Source of the DNA: Candidatus Komeilibacteria bacterium
Lineage (GTDB): Bacteria > Patescibacteriota > Patescibacteriia > UBA1558 > GWA2-36-10
Length of the DNA: 40,380 nucleotides
Reading direction: 5' to 3'
Assembly: GCA_018656655.1 (NCBI GenBank)
Contig: JABHYW010000040.1
Coordinates: 1 to 40,380 of the forward strand
Shown: piece by piece, positions 33,311 to 40,380 of the stretch
How the letters are laid out: each line of letters begins with the position of its first letter
Position numbering within the stretch: the stretch's first letter is position 1
The notes under the pieces: generated by a model
What the model was told of the DNA's origin: nothing
The model's input: only the letters and a program-made list of their open reading frames with translations
Databases searched by the model: none
Program-made: the position numbers and the translations under genes

Positions 33311-33805
33311 TTATTTCAAATCTTTTAATACCTTATCAATATACTTTTTATCTAGATCTTTAGAAATTCCAGTAGATAAAATTTTCTCTAAGGCTGTAAC
33401 TACCATGGCAGATACCTCGCTTTTGATTTCAGTAATCATACCATCTTTTTCACTGGCAATCTGTTCTTTGGCTTTCTCAATAAGTTTAGCTACCTCTTCT
33501 TTGGTTTTTACTAAATTGGCTTGCTTGGCATTTTCAGATAACTTTTTGGCTTCTTCCAAAATAGCAGCTGCATCACCCTTAGTAACGATTAGTTTTTCTT
33601 TAACTTCTTTCTCTACTTGCTCCAATCTTTCTTCAGCAGCCTTAGCATCTGATAAGCCTTTGGATATCTCATCATTTCTCTTTTGCATTGTTTTAGTTAA
33701 AGGCTTCAAAGCAAAAAACCACAAAACGGCTACCACTATCAAAAAATTGACTAGTTGAGCTATTAGTAATTTCCAATCGATTCCAAATAATTCTAAAATT
33801 TCCAT
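33311..33805 (-). CDS. atpF: ATP synthase Fo b
   Basis: GIDWKLLIAQLVNF TM segment followed by a coiled coil. Confidence 0.96.
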   Translation of the reverse strand: MEILELFGIDWKLLIAQLVNFLIVVAVLWFFALKPLTKTMQKRNDEISKGLSDAKAAEERLEQVEKEVKEKLIVTKGDAAAILEEAKKLSENAKQANLVKTKEEVAKLIEKAKEQIASEKDGMITEIKSEVSAMVVTALEKILSTGISKDLDKKYIDKVLKDLK

Positions 33806-33869
33806 ATCTATTATTTAAATTAATTGCTTAGTCGTGCCCTCATATATAGAGAGCACTCAAAACTATCAA

Positions 33870-34163
<294 letters not shown>

Positions 34164-34206
34164 TTATTGTTTTACGTCGCCTAGATTATCTATATTAATT
34201 ATATTT

Positions 34207-34265
34207 GTCATTCTGAACTTGTTTCAGAATCCCATTGTGAGATCCTGAACTAAATTCAGGATGAC
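34207..34265. repeat. REP-like family E full doublet
   Basis: gtcattctgaacttgtttcagaatc...gatcctgaactaaattcaggatgac, with inverted arms. Confidence 0.85.
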
Positions 34266-34288
34266 GAAGTGTGTTTTAAAATGACCTC

Positions 34289-35230
34289 CTAATGTGCGTG
34301 TTCAGTAGAAGCAATAGTATAATATACTAAAGTTAATATTGAAATAATAAGTGCCTGAATAATACCAACAATAACCTCTAAAAACATAAATGGCAATGGC
34401 ACTCCAAAAGCAATCAAGGCAGCAATTGAAGCAATCAATACTTCACCAGCAAAAATATTACCAAAAAGCCTAAATGATAATGAAGCTACTTTAGCAAATT
34501 CTCCAATTATTTCTAGTAAACCTACAAAAAACATAATAGGATTAATAATGATTACTGTCCAATCTTCTTTTATCTTGCCAGGAATCTCTATTAAGGCTTT
34601 TATATTTACAAATTTATTAAAATAATTCCAGCCACCGACAACCATAATACCAAAAATATTAGCAGATACTATAGAAAATAATCCTAAAGCTAAAGTTGTA
34701 TTTAAGTCAGCCGTAGCTCCTCTGAAAATAGCTGTACCGTCATAAGTAATAGAACCTAAGCCAGGAACTAAGCCTAACCAGTTATTAATCAAAACAAATA
34801 AAAAGATTCCAAATATAATTGGAAATACTTTTTTACTTTTAGCCCTATCATTAGTTACCAAGTCCATCATATCTAAAGCACCATTTATAATTATTTCTAA
34901 GAAACTTTGAAAAACTCCTGGGATGCGACTATTTTTAGCCCTAATAGTTAATGACAAAATGATAATTAAAAAAACTGCTACCCAAGAGGTCAACAGTGAA
35001 TTAGTGACATTAAAGTCACCTATATTAAAAACAGTTTCTGCATATAAAGTATGTTCGTGTTCGTCATGAGCCTCGCCTTCATGACTAGTGCCATGGGCGT
35101 CTTCATTTATGATATCTTCAGCCTTTCGGCCTTGCTCAAGACCTTCGGCGTGAAGAGTTTCTGTTTCGTTTGTATGATCAGCGACCGACGCGTGATCTAT
35201 ATCTTGATTATTATTTGTCTCTTGACTCAT
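34289..35230 (-). CDS. atpB: ATP synthase Fo a, with His/acidic N-terminal extension and repeat-derived insert
   Basis: NWLGLVPG, TADLNTTL, SLSFRLFGNIFAGE, IQALI; start placed at MSQE (35230). Confidence 0.95.
   Translation of the reverse strand: MSQETNNNQDIDHASVADHTNETETLHAEGLEQGRKAEDIINEDAHGTSHEGEAHDEHEHTLYAETVFNIGDFNVTNSLLTSWVAVFLIIILSLTIRAKNSRIPGVFQSFLEIIINGALDMMDLVTNDRAKSKKVFPIIFGIFLFVLINNWLGLVPGLGSITYDGTAIFRGATADLNTTLALGLFSIVSANIFGIMVVGGWNYFNKFVNIKALIEIPGKIKEDWTVIIINPIMFFVGLLEIIGEFAKVASLSFRLFGNIFAGEVLIASIAALIAFGVPLPFMFLEVIVGIIQALIISILTLVYYTIASTEHAH
35122..35148 (-). repeat. Family A element in frame in atpB (A-EGLEQGRK-A)
   Basis: cctttcggccttgctcaagaccttcgg; 23/27 identical to the gyrB copy. 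Confidence 0.85.
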
Positions 35231-35537
35231 TTTCGTCTTTTTTCTTCCCTTCGGCTTCACTCAGGGTCTTCGATTTAGTTTCTTCTTTTTCAATTCTTTT
35301 CATGTATTTAACTCCTGTAATACCTATTCCCACAGAAGAAATGATAAAGGCAGCAGCCGTAATACTGAGAAAGTATAATGGTTCTGTTCCTTGCTTTTCG
35401 TCTAACCATCGACCCAAAAATAGAGCTCCAATAACAGGGAAAGCAATCCAGCCAGTAGATTCGGCAAACATCAGCATTCCTTGTCTTAGCCACTCATTAT
35501 TGGCTTTATTTTTATTGTCATTTTTGACAGATGGCAT
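35211..35537 (-). CDS. AtpZ/AtpI-family ATP synthase accessory protein
   Basis: GALFLGRWLDEKQGTEP two-TM motif; first gene of the atp operon, overlapping the atpB start. Confidence 0.88.
   Translation of the reverse strand: MPSVKNDNKNKANNEWLRQGMLMFAESTGWIAFPVIGALFLGRWLDEKQGTEPLYFLSITAAAFIISSVGIGITGVKYMKRIEKEETKSKTLSEAEGKKKDENESRDK
35247..35273 (-). repeat. Family A element in frame in atpZ/I, different phase (SKTLSEAEG)
   Basis: cccttcggcttcactcagggtcttcga. Confidence 0.85.
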
Positions 35538-35564
35538 AAATTTCTAATAAACAAAAGCGGCTAC

Positions 35565-35593
35565 ATTATATATCTTTAGACGTCAAATGTCAA
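35565..35593 (-). promoter_or_regulatory. Perfect-consensus sigma70 promoter of the atp operon
   Basis: TTGACA-17nt-TATAAT. Confidence 0.85.
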
Positions 35594-35630
35594 TAGTTTT
35601 TTATGTATAATCACCTGAAGAGTCGATTTA

Positions 35631-35659
35631 TTGACAAGATAGCTAAAATATGATATATT
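35631..35659 (+). promoter_or_regulatory. Sigma70 promoter of the hydrolase gene
   Basis: TTGACA-17nt-TATATT with TGn. Confidence 0.75.
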
Positions 35660-35716
35660 AATCTGTTCTATTCTGGAACTAATACGTCCTTTTCTTCATA
35701 AACAGGAGGTCATAAC

Positions 35717-36418
35717 ATGACCAGCAAAAAACCGATTCTGTACCTGACTGGCATGTGGTTCCTGAAAGAGATTTGGCTCAAATGGGCCATTGAAACCACA
35801 AAAGCTGGTCATCAGACCTATAGCATGGACTTCTGTAATAACGGCAGTCCGCCCATTCAGCAATACATTAATAATGCGATTAAAGCCTGTCTACGCATCA
35901 AAGAAGAAACTGGTTCGCTGCCAATCATTTTTGGTTGGTCCATGGGTGGTCTAGTTGCTCAAGTCGTAGCCTCCAAACTGGAGATTCCCAAACTAGTGCT
36001 CGTCTGCAGTGCTGCTCCTCGTGGCATTGCTAACACAAGTTGGCCTATGACCAAAAGAATTAGGCCCTACCTCTCGGCAATACTGTTTAATGGCTCTTTC
36101 CGACCCAGCAAGCAACATGCCTTGGAAATCGTCTGCAATAACTGTCCTGAAGAACTCTCTTCGCACGAACTACAACTTGTCTCAGGCAAAATCGCCCGAC
36201 AAATCCTGTTGGGAAATATCAGCGTAGACGCTTCTGATATCAATTGTCCTTGTCTAGTTATAGCCGGAAGTCGTGATCGCATACTTCCTCTACACATTCA
36301 ACAGCAGTTGAAACAAAAATATGATGCTAAAATCATCATTGGACCTTATGGTCACACACCCATGCTGGAAGACAGTAATGGAAAGCTAATCAAGCGTATC
36401 CTGAACTGGCTCGACTAG
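35717..36418 (+). CDS. Alpha/beta hydrolase
   Basis: GWSMGG nucleophile elbow, GSRD (Asp), GHTPM (His); SD AGGAGGT. Confidence 0.9.
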   Translation: MTSKKPILYLTGMWFLKEIWLKWAIETTKAGHQTYSMDFCNNGSPPIQQYINNAIKACLRIKEETGSLPIIFGWSMGGLVAQVVASKLEIPKLVLVCSAAPRGIANTSWPMTKRIRPYLSAILFNGSFRPSKQHALEIVCNNCPEELSSHELQLVSGKIARQILLGNISVDASDINCPCLVIAGSRDRILPLHIQQQLKQKYDAKIIIGPYGHTPMLEDSNGKLIKRILNWLD

Positions 36419-36426
36419 TAAATAAT

Positions 36427-36470
36427 CCGTATCGTTCGCCTAATAGCGAATGGTACGGGTTCTTTTTTTT
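36427..36470 (+). terminator. Intrinsic terminator after the hydrolase gene
   Basis: ccgtatcgttcgc/gcgaatggtacgg stem followed by T8. Confidence 0.8.
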
Positions 36471-36473
36471 GTT

Positions 36474-36555
36474 AATCCCCCAAACCCCCTTTATCAAGGG
36501 GGCTTTTTTTAAAAAATCTCCCCTGACAAGGGGAGATGTCCGAAGGACAGAGGGG
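36474..36555. repeat. REP-like family F doublet
   Basis: aatcccccaaaccccctttatcaagggggc plus atctcccct-gaca-aggggagatgtccgaaggacagagggg. Confidence 0.85.
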
Positions 36556-36556
36556 T

Positions 36557-37603
36557 TTATTCTAACCTCGGCTTCTCGACATCTTCTAGCTCTAAATCTC
36601 CACCTTTTCCACTTATTTTAAGTATATCTTTGTCTATTTTCTTAAATTCTTTATTGGAAAAATTATAAGCATTTGTAACTGTAGCTAAATGACCGCCCAA
36701 TTTTCTCTGATATTCAGCATAGGCTGACATGTGTTTTTGTAACTTTTCTACATTCTTACGAATCTCTTTAGCAGACTCCTCTATTTGCAAAGCCTTTAGT
36801 CCTTGTAGAACAGTTTGTAAATAAGCAGCAAAAGTAGTTGGAGAAACTATAATTACTTTTCTTTCATTAAAAGCATAATCAATTAAAGATCTAGTATTTA
36901 CTTTGACTGCTCCCACTTCATTTATAAGCAAATCATAATAGATTCCTTCAGCTGGAATAAACATAAAAGCAAAATCTAAAGTAGATTCATTAGGGCGGAT
37001 ATATTTAGAAGTTTCGTCAATCCTCTTTTTCAAATCATTTTTAAATTCTTTTTCCAAGACTAATTTTTTAGTTTTATCTTTTTCATCAATAATACGACGA
37101 TAATTTTCCAAAGAAAATTTAGCGTCTACTGGCAGAAGCTTATCTTTTATCTTAACTACCGCATCTACTGCTTCACCGCTTTTAAAATGATATTGCATTT
37201 CATATGACTGAGGCGGTAAAATATTTGATAAAATCATTTCCAAACTTGCCTCACCAAGATTTCCTCTTGTCTTAGCATTGGTCAAAACTTTTTCTAAATT
37301 TTGCAGCTGATCAGTAAAACTAACTACTTGTTTATTAGTTTCTTCCAGCTTAAGTAGTTTTTCAGTTACATCTCTTGAAATTTTAGAAGTTTCAATAAAT
37401 TGATCTTGAAGCATTTTAGAAGAATGTTGATTAGTCTTATCAATCTTATCTCCTAGCTGCTTAGTCAAATCATTTATTTGCTGTTGAAGCATTAACATGG
37501 CCTTGTCATCTTTTACCTCTTCTTTAGGCTTCTGATTTTTCAACATTAACCAAATAATGACTGCAAAACCTACTACTATTAAAATTGTGCTTAAATATTC
37601 CAT
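36557..37603 (-). CDS. rmuC: DNA recombination protein RmuC
   Basis: TM helix and coiled coil, RGNLGE, PVDAKF, KYI, DFAFMFIPAEG, VSPTT. Confidence 0.95.
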   Translation of the reverse strand: MEYLSTILIVVGFAVIIWLMLKNQKPKEEVKDDKAMLMLQQQINDLTKQLGDKIDKTNQHSSKMLQDQFIETSKISRDVTEKLLKLEETNKQVVSFTDQLQNLEKVLTNAKTRGNLGEASLEMILSNILPPQSYEMQYHFKSGEAVDAVVKIKDKLLPVDAKFSLENYRRIIDEKDKTKKLVLEKEFKNDLKKRIDETSKYIRPNESTLDFAFMFIPAEGIYYDLLINEVGAVKVNTRSLIDYAFNERKVIIVSPTTFAAYLQTVLQGLKALQIEESAKEIRKNVEKLQKHMSAYAEYQRKLGGHLATVTNAYNFSNKEFKKIDKDILKISGKGGDLELEDVEKPRLE

Positions 37604-37612
37604 ATATTTATA

Positions 37613-37936
37613 TTATAATTTATCTATAAATTTACCAATGTCATCCCAATCAAAATCTTCTGACTGCCTAGCTATTTCTTTAGCCAAAATCTTATCTCCA
37701 GTCTCAATAACAGCTTCTACAATTTGTCTTTTATCTATATCTTTGAATCTATCTAAATTATTGGCCAGTAATTTTTCTTGACCAACTTTAATTAATTCAA
37801 GAGCTATTTGTTGATGAATGGCAGATTTGACTTCATCTAATATACCAAAGTCACCACTCTCCATATCAAGAATATAATTAATAACAATATTCTCTGGCGT
37901 AAGTTTAGAAAATTTAAAATCTTTATCGTCTTCCAT
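37613..37936 (-). CDS. Hypothetical protein with ~2 copies of the upstream gene's 28-aa repeat
   Basis: IHQQIALELIKVGQEKLLANNLDRFKDID resembles LDHQEIAIKLIEVGEGDLVAESLDKFQG. Confidence 0.7.
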   Translation of the reverse strand: MEDDKDFKFSKLTPENIVINYILDMESGDFGILDEVKSAIHQQIALELIKVGQEKLLANNLDRFKDIDKRQIVEAVIETGDKILAKEIARQSEDFDWDDIGKFIDKL

Positions 37937-37979
37937 TATTTTAAATATTTTAATACTTCATTTTTATTTAATATCTTAT

Positions 37980-40380
37980 CTACTCTCTCTGCCAAATAAC
38001 ATCTAAATCTTTCTGCTTATATTCTGGAGTAAATGAAAAATCCTCTGTTTCAGACAAGTTAACTTCCTGATCTTCTTTACGGATTGTTTTATTCATAGCT
38101 CCTTCAAATTCTCCACCAGTTCTATTTGTTCTTATTCCTTTGTTTTGATTAACCGCTATTGTATCTATGTCGTTATCTTCAGCAAACTCTGTTAATTGAT
38201 CTAATAAGCTATTAAACAACTGTGTTTCATTGACCTTGTAAAGATAAGTGTTGGCTGGATTAAAAGATGCTGTTAATATTTTTTTACCATTATCTTCATA
38301 ATAATGCAATAAAATTAAGCCTTGGCATATCATAGTTTCTTTATCTCTCAAAACCATTTGAAAATAATTTTCTAAATTCCACTGAGATTCTTCTCCATTA
38401 TATGGATTATCTCCTGCAACACAAACACCACCTACTCCTCTAGCATGAGCTGAGGTATGATTTTTAGTAATAAAACATTCTAATTTTCTTCTTTGCTTTT
38501 CTTTTTGCTTTTCATCTTCTGGTTGATACTTAGCTATTTCTTTATCAATAATACTTAACTCCTTTTCAAAAACACCTTGGAACGCTTGAACTAAATATCT
38601 GGAAAATAATTCTTCATCATACTGCCCCTCTTGAATTTCACTACTTGCTCTTAAATATTCTTCTAGATTCAATTCTCCTAAATGAATAGATTTTGGATCG
38701 AGTTCTTTACCAGTTAATGTTTTAATTGCTTTAGCGACTTTCTTTTGTTCGGATATTATCATGCCAGCGATAGTCTTTCCTTTTTTTCCTGCTTTTAATT
38801 CATTATTTTCATCTAACTCAGCCAACTCAAAAGGATTACCTTTTTTATCTGTTTGCCTGCTAAGCTCTTTCATTATTCTTTCCAATATATTACCATTTAA
38901 ACCTAGTTGATCTAATCTTAATTTATTAATATCATCTTGTTTAGTATTACTATTTTCTAAGTCTGTTTTTTGACTATAGTAAGCTGGTAATAAGGCGGCG
39001 ATGTCTGAATTTGATTGTGCTTCTGTAGATATCTTTCTTTCTACTTCTTTAACATGATCAGCAAAAAATTCTCTCAATTCTAAAAGGTAAGCATAATCTG
39101 GATTTTTCGCTTCTCCAGCTCTTCCTCGAGTTCCCTCTAAATATGTTTTGATGTCTTCAAACTCTGCAAATTGATAACCTATTAATACTTCTTTTAATTC
39201 TTGTGCATCAAATTTATCTACTAATGATTCTAATAGTAAAGCGTATACTTTTTCTTCTCTAGTTTTAAATATTTCTTTGTTAGGAAGATTTTCAATATGC
39301 TTATCTAAAATATTATCTAATATCCCAAGCATTTTATCTTTTTCAAAAGATACTTCTGAAAATTTCTTTTGAATACTAGTAATTGATTGCTCTAAATATT
39401 CTATATTTTTTTCATTTTTCTCTTCTCTATCTCTAAGCTCCATCTCTACTCCATCTGACAAATCTATTTCATAAACATCTTTGATTTTAAATCTCTCAAG
39501 GTCTGATGATCTATCTGGGCATGCTTCATTACTATCAAAGTCAGTCCAAGCACCAACATGATTAGGATATACTAATTCAACTAATTCTTTATAGTTCTCT
39601 TGCTCTGTTATATTTTCATCTTGTTCTTTTGATGATATTAAAGTATCAACTTGATCTTTTATTTTTTCAATATACCCAACTAACTGAATTTCATCTCCTG
39701 CTTGTTTTAATTCTAAATATTTATCGTATATATCTTTACTTGGTAAGCCTAGTTCTGATTTATATGCTTTAAGGAAAAAATTATCTTCTTGAGTATCTAA
39801 AAAACTATCTTCTAGATTATTTAAGACTTGTTGGAGATAGCCAGACTCAATTAATCTAAAAGCAATTTCTTGATCTAAGCCTTGGAATTTATCTAGACTT
39901 TCTGCTACTAAATCACCTTCTCCTACTTCAATGAGTTTTATAGCTATTTCTTGATGATCTAAGCCTTGGAATTTATCTAGATAATTTACTACAGACATAC
40001 CTTTTCCTACTTCAATCAACTTTAAGACGATTTCTTTATGATCTAAGCCTTGGAATTTGTCTATATTCTTTGCTACAGAGTCACCATTTCCTGCTTCAAA
40101 TAACTTTAAAGCAATAGCTTTATAATCTAAACCTTGGAAATTGTCTAGATATCGTGCTACGGAATGACCTTTTTCTGCTTCAATCAACTTCAAGGCTATT
40201 TCTTGATCTAAACCTTGGAAATTATATAAATGATTTTCTACAGAGTCACCATTTCCTGCTTCAAATAACTTCAAGGTAATAGCTTTGTGATCTAGGTCTC
40301 CAAATTTGTCTATATTCTTTGCTACGGAATGACCTTTTTCTGCTTCAATCAACTTCAAGGCGATATATTCATGATCTAAG
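37980..40380 (-). CDS. Large hypothetical protein (5' end outside window): tandem helical repeats, helical middle, uncharacterised alpha/beta C-terminal domain
   Basis: The frame stays open to the window edge (LDHEYIALKL), so the TTG start in the ORF track is probably internal. Confidence 0.8.
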   Translation of the reverse strand, partial: LDHEYIALKLIEAEKGHSVAKNIDKFGDLDHKAITLKLFEAGNGDSVENHLYNFQGLDQEIALKLIEAEKGHSVARYLDNFQGLDYKAIALKLFEAGNGDSVAKNIDKFQGLDHKEIVLKLIEVGKGMSVVNYLDKFQGLDHQEIAIKLIEVGEGDLVAESLDKFQGLDQEIAFRLIESGYLQQVLNNLEDSFLDTQEDNFFLKAYKSELGLPSKDIYDKYLELKQAGDEIQLVGYIEKIKDQVDTLISSKEQDENITEQENYKELVELVYPNHVGAWTDFDSNEACPDRSSDLERFKIKDVYEIDLSDGVEMELRDREEKNEKNIEYLEQSITSIQKKFSEVSFEKDKMLGILDNILDKHIENLPNKEIFKTREEKVYALLLESLVDKFDAQELKEVLIGYQFAEFEDIKTYLEGTRGRAGEAKNPDYAYLLELREFFADHVKEVERKISTEAQSNSDIAALLPAYYSQKTDLENSNTKQDDINKLRLDQLGLNGNILERIMKELSRQTDKKGNPFELAELDENNELKAGKKGKTIAGMIISEQKKVAKAIKTLTGKELDPKSIHLGELNLEEYLRASSEIQEGQYDEELFSRYLVQAFQGVFEKELSIIDKEIAKYQPEDEKQKEKQRRKLECFITKNHTSAHARGVGGVCVAGDNPYNGEESQWNLENYFQMVLRDKETMICQGLILLHYYEDNGKKILTASFNPANTYLYKVNETQLFNSLLDQLTEFAEDNDIDTIAVNQNKGIRTNRTGGEFEGAMNKTIRKEDQEVNLSETEDFSFTPEYKQKDLDVIWQRE
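39810..40380 (-). repeat. Intragenic tandem repeat, 81/84-bp (27/28-aa) units, at least 7 copies
   Basis: Recurrent LD(H)xxIALKLIExGxGxxVxxxLDKFQG and nucleotide tctaagccttggaa(a)tt. Confidence 0.92.

Noticed and set aside
39810-40380. Possible CRISPR array
   Set aside because: The units are contiguous, in-frame coding repeats with no unique spacers and no cas genes.

Overview
AT-rich bacterial chromosomal window. It is most likely Patescibacteria/CPR (Parcubacteria/ABY1-like), inferred from pilin-Ig fusion proteins, a short ATP synthase delta, PsbP-like secreted proteins and mostly SD-less AT-rich starts. Most genes are minus-strand housekeeping genes: yqeY, rpsU, hisS, lepB, pepA, secE-nusG-rplK-rplA, gyrB, pheS-pheT, a dciA-like gene, a UvrD helicase-PD-(D/E)XK nuclease fusion, a full F1Fo atp operon followed by a beta-carbonic-anhydrase-like gene, and rmuC. 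The plus strand carries LCP-der-pth and an alpha/beta hydrolase. The left end holds two paralogous TrbC/VirB2-pilin + Ig-domain surface proteins, one >1755 aa, truncated and missed by the ORF track. The right end holds a truncated 27/28-aa tandem-repeat protein and a small neighbour with the same repeat. The main unexplained signal is six families of short GC-rich REP-like elements. Three of these (21-27 nt) sit in frame inside conserved proteins (PepA, GyrB, helicase x3, AtpC, AtpB, AtpI/Z) and add 7-9 aa peptides, and one copy is nested inside another repeat. Also notable are a duplicated 52-nt L1-type leader before both rplK and rplA, and a perfect palindrome over the gyrB promoter. No rRNA, tRNA, CRISPR array or transposase was seen. 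All calls come from manual reading, with no database searches.
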